DNA of 64,000 nt from Selaginella moellendorffii (taxonomy: Eukaryota > Plantae > Lycopodiophyta): positions 571,207-635,206 of the forward strand of contig NW_003314333.1 of assembly GCF_000143415.4 (NCBI RefSeq). The letters are read 5' to 3'. The position numbers and the translations under genes are program-made. The notes beneath the pieces were generated by a model, which searched no databases, was not told the origin of the DNA, and saw only the letters and a list, made by a program, of their open reading frames with translations. Below are positions 1 to 10,512 of this stretch, piece after piece. Each line of letters begins with the position of its first letter. Position 1 is the first letter of the stretch.

Positions 1-56
1 TAGTGGAAGCATCATACCGACATGTAATGTTAGGGAACTACACTTATAAACTAGCT

Positions 57-725
57 TGTAAGCTCCTGAATTTGGACTTCCCAGGAGTCAACCCAGCCCA
101 GTACTATTCAAACCCAAGGACACTTAACTCCAACTATCCCAAGACCCTTAACCAATTGGAAAAGAGGGTGCACTCTTGTTCATAGGCCCTTTCCCTCTAT
201 ATTTGAACCCCTATAAGACCCTTAACCAATTGGAAAAGAGGGTGCACTCTTGTTCATAGACCCTTTCCCTCTATATTTGAACCCCTATGGATCGTCTCTC
301 GAGTCGTTCCTTTTGGTTGCTTACAATCTACCACGCTTCCCTGCAAGTTCACGCCCTCGTGAACGGAAGCTGAGAGCCGCAGCTCTCTCCCGAGCCCCAC
401 TCTCTTGACACCCTACCCCTCGGGTCGAGCCCAGCGGGAGCAAATTAGACCAGCCAGATGTCAATCAATATGTGGTGTGATTCCCCTAGCCAACCAACAG
501 AGTCAGACCCGAGACCTCTCTGATACCAAATGTAAGCTCCTGAATTTGGACTTCCCGGGAGGTCACCCAGCCCAGTACTATTCAAACCCAAGGATGCTTA
601 ACTCCAACTATCCCAAAACCCTTAACTGATTGGAAAAGGGGGTGCACTCTTGTTCATGGGCCCTTTCCCTCTATATTTGAACCCCTATGGATTGTCTCTT
701 GAGTCATTCCCTTTGGTTGCTTACA
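57..725 (-). mobile_element. Cassandra-type TRIM (non-autonomous LTR retrotransposon with 5S rRNA-like segment in its LTRs), complete
   Basis: LTRs at 57-325 (with a 74-bp internal tandem duplication) and 531-725, both TGTAAG...CTTACA. The ~205-bp internal region is non-coding. tRNA-Met PBS (TGGTATCAGAG on minus, ~518-528). TSD tagct/cagct (4/5). LTR minus strand reads AGTTAAGCATCCTTGGG..TAGTACTGGGCTGGGTGACCTCCCGGGAAGTCC, matching the plant 5S rRNA A-box to C-box region. Confidence 0.9.
548..604 (-). promoter_or_regulatory. 5S rRNA-derived Pol III internal promoter segment in Cassandra LTR (second copy 74-130)
   Basis: Similarity to the 5S rRNA internal control region AGTTAAGCGTGCTTGGGCGAGAGTAGTACTAGGATGGGTGACCTCCTGGGAAGTCC. 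Partial, so not a 5S gene. Confidence 0.8.
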
Positions 726-3700
726 CAGCTATCCAATTCCAAAAGACTATAGATGAGGTTTTCAAGTAAGTTGCTTTCCATGGACGATGTAATGGGATGC
801 TTTTATGAATACAAAAAGCTGGAATCTATCAAAAGAGGACCAATGTACATGGAACCAGCTTCAACCATATTGCCATTGTGACTACTAGGATGTGAAGGAG
901 GCATTTTTTGGTTTGACTTGTTGTTCTGGTATATGCTGAACAATCTGGACAAGTATTGGCCTGACTCAAGCTTGACGTCATCAGACCACCTTGCTATCTT
1001 CCTGTCCCTGCTCACTGCTAATCTACAAGTGATTCTCCAAATAGCTACTTTTGTGCAAATCTAAGAATGGATGTAAGCAGCTGCTATTGAAGTGGCAAAA
1101 AAGCTAGCCAACCCAGATCTGGAGTTCATCCCACATGGCCAAACTAAAATGAACATATGCAAATTCATCCCCGTCTAGCAATACAAGTCCCCAACATCCT
1201 TACGACGTGATGGTAGTTGATCGCTAGGATGGACAAATGTCTATTGGGTTGACATCATAGGAGACTAGCACACCACCATCAGTCTCCAAAATGTCTTATT
1301 CCAATGCAAGCTCAAATAAACAAAAGCTACACAAGAGGCTCAACGTAAGAAATCAATGATAAATAATATCTATTTTCTTCTTCCATGATTAGTATCTAAT
1401 GAAAATGCTCTCATGATTACTTACATAGTGTACTCTACACTACATCCATCATTTGGCCAGAAGAAAATGGCTGGTCAAAGAAGGAATAGAGAGTGAACAA
1501 AAGTTTATACACCTCCGATATATCAGTGTTGGATCACTTACCATGAATTCCTTGGTTGTGCTTAGAACAAAAAGCACAAGTGAACCATTGATCAGATTTA
1601 TTTTCTGTTTGATAATTGGAAAATACAACACAAACTCTATTTTCCCACAATGGGATAGACCCCACAGTTTGATAACAAAGGTTTCTTTTTTAAAAAGTCT
1701 TGTTTACAAAAAACTCTATTATCCCATTAATAAAATAATGGGACATATGAGTAGACATGCCATGGTAAAAAACAAAACTTTGGATTCCTTATAGAATCTT
1801 GTGCTGAGAGATATGCTGTACGGCTAGGCAAACCTAATTACAAGCTATAGCTATTTGACTTCATGGCCACAAGCATTATATTTTCTCACACCAAAAGGTA
1901 TGAAGCAATGGGAAATAATGTTAGGGTTTCTCACTTGTATCTGCCGCTGCTGCATTCTCCAGGAGCGCATCCACAAGTATAGCAAGGTTGGGCAGCTGCA
2001 AGGCTGTGTGCTAGCACAACCATGCACATTCCTCGCGCACACCAAGATCAATAGCTGCTTCACTGCACATTGCAAGAATGAGTAGTGCCAATGAAGTGTT
2101 TGCTTAGGTATAGCTCAAAATGACTACTAAGGTCAGGAGGAATCTCACTACCACTTTTCTGGCAGTGCAAAAACTGGTACAAATGATTTGGTTTTTGAGT
2201 CTTTCCTCACCCCTGGCCTGTAGGAACTTTTTACGGCCAGAATGCTGGAACTTAATGCAGAAACACAAGGGGCTTTCACAGACTCTGCTTAGGTAGTGCT
2301 TGTGATATCGACTAATCTAGTATCTAATCACCCCCTCAAAAAAAAGACATGATGATGGTGATTGGACCAGACAATGAGATTCATGAGACAACAGAAAGCA
2401 ATCAGGTTGAGCATGTTAGTTCTAGTCTTTGGAAGTCACTTCTGATGTGCGGCTTGGACATGTACCTAAGTACATTGGCTCGTGAGCATCAGTCTTGCAA
2501 ATGTCATTTCATTCTTGAATCCTAGCTTTTTACTTTTATAAAAATGAGAGATAGAGCTAGTGGAGATTGCATTACTAATCCTCGTCTTCCATGATACAAA
2601 TTCCACCCAGACACCCAAACTATAGGAGGTGACATAGGAAATGTTTAGAGATATCGTTTTGGTCATGGTTGGTACTAGGTTACCAGATAGATGATCCTAC
2701 GCCCTGGACAAACGTACTGGAAATGTATGAGCTTGTGCTTCTAATTTGTGTAAGGGTAAGTCCCATAAATCCTCCAAACACAAATCTAGCTACTAAAACT
2801 CTAAAATCTTCCTATCTTGCAAAACAATTCACTAGGAAAGTTAAATTAGTTTGTCATACTGAGTTCACCACTTATTGGGAGATGAGGGCTATCCCAACCT
2901 CTTTAACTCAAGATCTCCATAGATCCATCACAAACTCAAGCCCTTTCACATGCTCTAAACTCCTTTTGCTAAGTTATAATTTAGCTTATATTTGATTTAT
3001 ATGATGCTTTCTCTATTATAACTTGCATAAAAGATATGATGATCCTGAGTTCAAGTTCAAAGACTGGTAAGTTCACTTTTAATAACAACTTCCTTCCTCC
3101 AAGTCAAAGATTGGTATGAGGTCTAAACTGAGCTTCCTCAACTGAATTATGCTTATGCAAACTTATGAATATTCCTATATAATTGGGATTGATAGGATCT
3201 ACCTTGGAGAATTCCCCCTAGAGGGTAGAAATGCCTACTAGGTTATTATACCAGGGGAAACCTTATGATATCAAAGGTTTCTCATTGCATGCACACTATG
3301 ACTTAGAGGGAGGATTGATCTCTCCTCTCTCCAAGCTTTCCAAGAATTGTGCAGGGCTGAATAGCTTATCTTTTGTGAGGCCTAATGCTTTCACTCTTTT
3401 CCACATTACTACTTTTTATACTTTCATTAACAAAATATAAATAAAAAAATATGATAGAAATGAATAATGCCCTCCTTATTGCTACAGCTATACTTATATA
3501 GTCCTCAATACATTACAAGACATATATGCAAATGCATGACTTATACAAAAAAAATTTTAGAAAGGTGGTGTGTGGATAAAGATATTGGTAGCGTATCCAT
3601 GCACTTTAATGCATGCGTTATAGCTGCTAGAGCTGGATGTTGCAGCACATTCTCTACCTGAATCATAATGCCATAGCTTACACCCTCAAACCCATATTGG

Positions 3701-5216
3701 AGAATCAAAGAACCCTTGGCAAAGTTGTGGGTATCTGGGCGTCCATAGCTTTGGCATGCCATGGCTATTATTGGTAAAATCTTCCCATCTTAATTTTAAA
3801 ACTTAGTTTTTTTATATTTCATATGTATATGCTTATATTTTAGTTATCAACTGAAAAATATATCCTCTTCTTTCTGGTTTTGAATTTTGCCACAACTTAG
3901 TACATTTAGTCTCTATTTAAAATGTTAGCTAAATTAATTTATGGAGTATTGTTTTTTGCGTATTTCATTAAGGTTTTAATATTTTGTAAGTATGTGTTTT
4001 CCTGATTATATTTATAATTCTTTTTAATAAAAAATACTATTCTTAAACCGGGTAACTGAATTTTTTATTATAAATTTCAGATCTTTGCTAACTTTCTCAC
4101 TCAATGTTCTTGATTGTTAGTGTTTAAACTAAAGCACAACACATCATGTCATGTTTGAATACTATGAAGTAAAGGCAAAATTTTATCACCCAAATGGCTA
4201 TATTATGCATAGTCTTAAAGAATAACATGACATTTCTTTTGTTCTCCAAAGAGAAAATATATTCTTTAAAATATTTCTTATTGTGTGTTGGGCCAGTTTA
4301 GCCACAGGAGAAAATGGGTTTGTGCTGGAATTCTCCCAGGATTTAGGTCTATTTTCAATGAGAAGGATGGCAAATTGATGATGTGGAGTTTGCTGGCAAG
4401 GTGGATGGCAGTGATGTAGTGATTGTAGGCTCACACAGTTGATCCAAAACTAACAGTTCTAGAGGAGCAAGGAGGAACTAATGGCAGTAAAGAGAAGGAG
4501 CAACATTTTTTATTGCAAGATCTCTAGGTAGGAAAAAATAGTTAAAGAGAACTTTCATCCTAGTGTTCTTATTGATGATACTATGAGATATAGGAAAATT
4601 AGGTGTGAAACTTCATTATTCTTTTTAAATATTGTGAATATGACTATAAGTATTAAAAGTTATCAGTCAGAGTCAGTTAAGTCCTTTTAAATATTCTTCT
4701 TATACTGTCATGGTGGCAGGAGATCAGTAGAAAATCATGACATTTAATATTTATATGTAGTCCAGTATATCATTTATAAAATTTTAACATATAAACACTG
4801 TGAGGGCCAAGTGTACGGCTACGATGCCGTATACTAATATTAGCGTAGTGGATTTTGGTAGCCGTCGGATTGGTTTCAATCCGGACCACTCGCTCCTGTA
4901 TATAAGCTAGGGTTTTTGGGTTAATTGATATGCACATTTCTGTATTCCCTTTCCATATTCCATTCATATTCCATGCACTCACATTGGTGGAGATGAGGGG
5001 CATCTTTGATTGTCCCTAGGGAGTGCTTGGATTTGGGATTTCGGTTTAGATCTAGCTTTTGCATTGTCTAGATCTAGCTTTTTCCATTTCCTTTCTTTTG
5101 TTCTTTCCTTTCAGGATTTTGGTTTAGATCTAGCTTTTTTCATTGTCTAGATCTACCATTTCTTTCCAGCTTTTTGTCATTTCTCTTCTTTTGCTCTTTC
5201 TTTCTCATTCATTTTC

Positions 5217-6149
5217 ATGGCCGATCCGCAATCTCCTCCTTTGACTCTAGAGCAGCAGTTGGTTCAATTGCTTGATGCTATGCACCTGCAATTGAACAAC
5301 CAAACTCAGTTGATGGCGGCATTCACGGCACATGGTACAACTCCTCATGCTTTTGGTGCCAATCCTCACGTTCGGCCGGAGTTCTTTTGTGGGAATCCTG
5401 GGGATGATGTGTACCATTGGTTCGATCACTTCACGGTGATTGCCACATATCATTCTTGGGATGATGCTCGACGTTTGCGTGAGTTCCCCACATGTCTTCA
5501 AGGGACGGCATTGCAGTGGTACAATGGATTAAGCGCAGCTACTCGTGGCGATTGGAGTGTTCTTCCGGACATCTTCAAACGCGCCTTTGGACACGCCGAC
5601 GATTGTGATGATGCCTTCCAACAATTGCATCGTCTTCGCCAAGGGCCATCTGAGTCGGTGATGCAATTTGGCGTTCGTTTCCGAAGTCTTTTGCTTCGTG
5701 CGGAGCCAAATATGTCGGAGCGGATCAAGCTAGGAATGCTGTGGCCAGCACTTCGTCAAGATCTTGTCGAACTTGTACATGCACTTGCTCCTGCCACTCT
5801 TGACGATGCTCTTCGCTTGGCACAATGTTATGAGACATCGCCTCTTCCACTTCTTGCTACACGTCCTTCAGCTCCACTTCCTATGAGTGATGGTCCTGTT
5901 CCCATGGAGGTTGATGCTGCTGCTACTCGAGTCCAAGGACAAGGGCGAGGACGTGGTCGTGGCCGTGACATTCGTTGCTGGGCGTGTGATGAAGTTGGTC
6001 ATACTTATCGGCGTTGTCGGCGCTTTCCGGATTGGCGACCTCCATTTCCTGGGTGGAGACCTTGGCGTCAGCAACGTCCCATTGGTGCTGCTGCGGTGGA
6101 AGGTTTGGATACCGAGGTGCATTCGGGAAACGAGGAGTCGCACGAGTAA
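5217..6149 (+). CDS. gag: Gag of gypsy element
   Basis: Retrotransposon capsid motifs (LQGTALQWY, LRQGPSESV), PMEVD, CCHC knuckle CWACDEVGHTYRRC. Confidence 0.9.
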   Translation: MADPQSPPLTLEQQLVQLLDAMHLQLNNQTQLMAAFTAHGTTPHAFGANPHVRPEFFCGNPGDDVYHWFDHFTVIATYHSWDDARRLREFPTCLQGTALQWYNGLSAATRGDWSVLPDIFKRAFGHADDCDDAFQQLHRLRQGPSESVMQFGVRFRSLLLRAEPNMSERIKLGMLWPALRQDLVELVHALAPATLDDALRLAQCYETSPLPLLATRPSAPLPMSDGPVPMEVDAAATRVQGQGRGRGRGRDIRCWACDEVGHTYRRCRRFPDWRPPFPGWRPWRQQRPIGAAAVEGLDTEVHSGNEESHE

Positions 6150-9100
6150 TGGAGGGACCTTGCGCGAATAAGTTAGTGACCCTTCCATCTTTCTTTCGGG
6201 AGTATCATCAAGGGGTTCACTCGGCACCGGTTCATCCAGTGTTTACTTTCCAAGCTTGTTTTTATAACAAGAGGTCTCCTATTCTTCTCTCCGTGTTGGT
6301 TGATACAGGTTCGAGTTTATCTTCTATTGCTCGACCTGTTGCCACACGTTGTCGTCTACACTTGCGTCGTGCGGCGGATCCAGTTTTCATTCTTTATGGC
6401 AACGGCCGTACACATGCATGTGCACGAGATGAGGCGGACCTGGTTGTGCGTGTGGGCGATCTCGAGCTTGAGTTGCAGTCGTTGCGGGTGGTGCCGAGTC
6501 AAGCTTTTGACCTCATTCTTGGTATGGATTGGTTGCAGCACAATCATGCCAAGTGTGACTTTGAGGCTTTTCCCCCTTGTCTCATACTTCCTTATGTTTC
6601 ATCCATTCCTCTCACTTCCGTACCTCTTCGTCCCTCTACTTCTACCTCTGCTTCCATTACTTTTGTTCCCCCATTATTTCCTCTTGTGTTTCCATCTTGT
6701 TCTGCTCTTCCCTTTTCCAATCCCTCCGATGATCTTTGTGTTGCAGCTGTTGACCAGCTCATGAAGGAGTATTCTGATCTCTTTGAATTTGACCTATCGT
6801 CTGGGGCCAAGATTGCCACACGTCATCCCATTCCAACCGGGGATGCTCGTCCAATCAAGGTTCCTGTTCGTCGTCGGTCACCCAAGGAGATCAAGATTTT
6901 ACATGCAAACGTCAAGGAGATGTTGGAGAAGGGTGTTATTCAGAAGTCGCGGAGTCCTTGGGCATGTGAACCTCATCTTGTGACGAAGCCTGATGGGAGT
7001 ATTCGTTTCTACATCGACTATCGTCCGTTAAATGAAGTGACGATCCCGGACGTGTACCCTCTTCCTCACACTGCTGATCTCTTGGATCGTCTAGGGCGAA
7101 GTCGTTGGTTCACCAAGCTAGATCTTGCTTCTGGGTATTGGCAAGTACCGATGGCTGAAGACGATATTCCTAAGACTGCTTTTCGTACACCATTTGGTTT
7201 GTACGAGTTTTTGGTGATGCCGTTTGGTTTGAACAATGCTCCAGCAACTTTTCAGCGAATGATGGACGAGGTTCTTTGCGATATGCCGGAGGTGACGGCT
7301 GACTTCATTGATGATGTCTTGATCCACTCGGAGGGGACGTGGGAGGAGCATGTTCGTGACGTTTGTAAAGTGTTGGATCGGCTACGCGACGTTGGTTTAA
7401 AGCTGAAGCGGTCGAAGTGCGTGTTTGGGTCCAAGGACACAACTTATCTTGGGTACCGTATTTCTCATGAGGGTTTGCAAGTTGATCCTGACAAACTTGT
7501 GGCTGTTCTAAAGTTCCCTACTCCGAAGTGTGTGAATGATGTGCAGCGCTTTTTGGGTAAGGTGCAGTATCTCGGTCGTTTTGTGGATCATCTTTCCGAT
7601 CGCACTTTACCATTACGAGCGTTGCTGAAGTCATCAACGTCATCTTTCATCTGGTCTCCCGATTGTGAGCGGGCGTTCGTGAATCTCAAAGAGCTATTGA
7701 CGACTCCTTCGGTTTTGGCATATCCTGACTACACTCGACCTTTTATTTTGCGCGTGGATACTTCTGACATTGGTCTTGGAGGTGTGTTGATGCAAGAGAG
7801 CTCGAGTGTGCCTGGTCAGCGCCATCCCATTGCATACATAAGCCGTACATTACAACCAGCGGAGATGAACTACTCCACGACGGAGAAGGAGTGTTTAGCA
7901 GCAGTCTGGGGTTTCGAGAAACTTCATGCCTATCTACATGGTTCTCGGACGTTACTTGAAGGTGACCATGCTGCTGTTACTTCATTATTGAAGCGGAAGA
8001 ACCTGGTTGGTCGTACGGCTCGATGGGCTTTGAAGCTTCAGATATATGATTTCGATGTTGTTCATCGCCCAGGGAGTTCTATGGCTGATGCTGATGCCCT
8101 TTCTCGAGCTCCTCTTCCTTCTCCACTCACTTTTCATGTTTCTGACGAACCTGTTATTCCAGCATCTGTGGATTTTCTAGATGAGGATTCTGTGCCGTCG
8201 GCGGTTGCTGTCCTTGACGTTCAGTGTCCACAGGGCGTAGAGAAAGATCTACCTTCTCTGGATGAGGTTCGCGAGGCTCAAAAGATTGAGCCGTGGATTC
8301 GAAGGCTTCGAGATGGGTTTGAGAATCCTGCATCACTTGCTGATGACTTGCCTTTTCGGCATTTACATTCTCAATATCACCTTGAAGATGGCCTTCTTTA
8401 TTTTGTGGGGACGGATCCTGATGCTCATTTACGGCTGGTGGTGCCTTCGGTGTTTATTCTGCGGTTTCTCCATGCCTACCATGATTCTCCTATTCTAGGT
8501 GGGCATATGGGACACCGTCGTGTCACCGAGAAGTTGCGCAGATCTTTCTATTGGCCAGAGATGCGACGTGATATTATCCGGTATGTGCGTAGCTGCGTTT
8601 GGTGCCAAGCTCGTAATACTCCCCCTTGTGCTGCGGAAGGACGGTTGGAGTCAATTGCAGTTTCTCGTCCGTTTGAGTTGGTGACGTTTGATCTTATGGG
8701 ACCTTTTCCGCGATCGACTGCTGGCAATGAGTATATTATTATTGCTTCTGACTACTTGACTCGTTGGGTGGAAGTTGGTGCTCTTGCTAGTGCCTCTGCA
8801 ACTGCTGTTGGATACTTCCTCCTCAATCGAGTGGTGTTCCAGCATTCTTGTCCAGAACGGATTCTTTCGGATAATGGTCCTGCATTTATGGCTGAGGTAT
8901 TTCATGTTTTGACATCTCGGTTGGGGATATGCCACACTTTTACAAGTGCTTATCATCCACAATCAGACGGTCTGGTGGAACGGCTTGTTCGGACATTCAA
9001 AGGGATGATTGCGAAGTATGTGAACTTTCAACATTCGGATTGGGATGGTTATTTGCCGTCTCTTCGGTATGCTTATGTCACAGGGGTGCAGAGTTCTGTT

Positions 9101-9613
9101 GGTGCTTCACCATATAAACTTCTATATGGTCATGATCCAATATTACCAACAGAGCTAGGTTTACCTTCGCGATTGCCACGAGCTCCTGATGCTAGGTCAT
9201 GGGATCAATATTTGACAAGCATTCTTCCACTTGTCCGAGCAGAGTCTACTGAACACTTAAGCCGCGTATAAGTGGGACAACAACGGCGCTACAATTCCCA
9301 TCATCGTCCACCAGCGGAGTACAAAGTGGATGATTTGGTGTTAGTCCGTTTTCCCCATCTTACGGTACGTGGTTTATCTAAGGGGCTCCTTGCGCAGTGG
9401 AAAGGACCGTATCGGGTGTTGCGGCAAGTTGGACCACAAGTTTATGAGGTTCGGCATGACGTTCAGCAGGCCGATCCTCCGAAGATTGTGCATGTGCAGT
9501 GGTTAAAACGCTTCATACAGAGGGATCAGGAGCAGTTAATACCGTCTACAGATCCACCGATGCCTCCTCCTGACGTTCCTCCAGATCCCGGCCCATCTAC
9601 AAGAGAACCCTGA
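6125..9613 (+). CDS. pol: Pol (protease, RT, RNase H, integrase) in the -1 frame relative to gag; one in-frame TAA at 9269-9271
   Basis: LVDTGS protease, FIDD RT, RNase H, HHCC and D-D-E integrase. The GPY motif lies in the in-frame continuation 9272-9613. Confidence 0.9.
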
Positions 9614-9949
9614 CGGCCTTCCATTATTCCGAGAGGAGGGGATGATGTGAGGGCCAAGTGTACGGCTACAATGCCATATATTAATATTAGCGTAGTGGAT
9701 TTTGGTAGCCGTCGGATTGGTTTCAATTCGGACTGCTCGCTCCTGTATATAAGTTAAGGTTTTTGGGTTAATTGATATGCACATTTCTGTATTCCCTTTC
9801 CATATTCCATTCATATTCCATGCACTCACAACACAAAATTAATTTAAATATATTTCAATTGTTAAATAGTAAAAAATACAAAAACATCTAAGCATACTCT
9901 AAATATATCCAAAATTACAGTCTTCTTTAAAAAGGAAAATAAGAGTATA

Positions 9950-10200
9950 GTAGAAACTCTGTGGGTCTCGAGAGAGAGCAAGAGCAATGAGGATCCTGGC
10001 CACCAATCCAAAGTACTCCAGCTTCAACACCGTCGCTGGACCATCACAGCCTGTGTCTCCCAGATGGCCCACGCTCTTTCACGCCGATTCCTCCGACCCA
10101 AGAAGGTCGCCATGCTTGTCCGCCCCATGATCCTCCTCACCTTCATGGGCAGCGTCCCTCTACCAGGCCGCAAGGAATCCCCAACCTCACCCCACGATTG
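9950..10200 (+). pseudogene. Deleted 5' fragment of the fasciclin-like gene at 50473
   Basis: Shared blocks in the same order (gcaatgaggatcc, ctggccaccaatccaaagtactcc, gtccgccccatgatcctcctcaccttcat) with many deletions. Confidence 0.8.
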
Positions 10201-10512
10201 TTGAGGTGGGCAATCCACCCCTCCTTCCTAACTGGGAACATTCGCTCATCAGCAAGAGTTGACGCACAGGAGGAGCTCCTCACTCTCTAAACCGGAAGCT
10301 GGCTGCTTGGACCGGATGGGCAAAATTCTACGGGTACGACGCTGGGGTACGCCAGTTCTTCAATGGTCTTCCAAGGGTGATCCTTGGCGACTCGGTGTTG
10401 AAGATGACGCAGGAGGATCTCAGGAAAAGGATGAGGCTCAATGATGAAATTGATGAAGTGCTGAATAGCGACCTTCCCGATTCTAGTTGATGGAAAGGTA
10501 TACACGATTTCC

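Larger units (their letters stand above)
4799..9830 (+). mobile_element. Ty3/gypsy LTR retrotransposon, full length, no chromodomain seen
   Basis: 185-bp LTRs at 4799-4983 and 9646-9830 (TG...CA, about 8 transition differences). 4-bp TSD ACAC. PBS TGGTGGAGATGAGGGGCATC (tRNA-Ala-like) at ~4985. PPT gagaggaggggatga 9631-9645. Gene order gag, PR-RT-RH-IN. Confidence 0.95.

Noticed and set aside
74-130. 5S rRNA gene
   Set aside because: Only the internal ~57 nt is present and it is embedded in LTRs.
730-4500. Possible decayed TE or gene exons
   Set aside because: No motif I could identify with confidence. The same applies to 13300-16950 (possible LINE remnant near 16200-16950) and 60200-63800.
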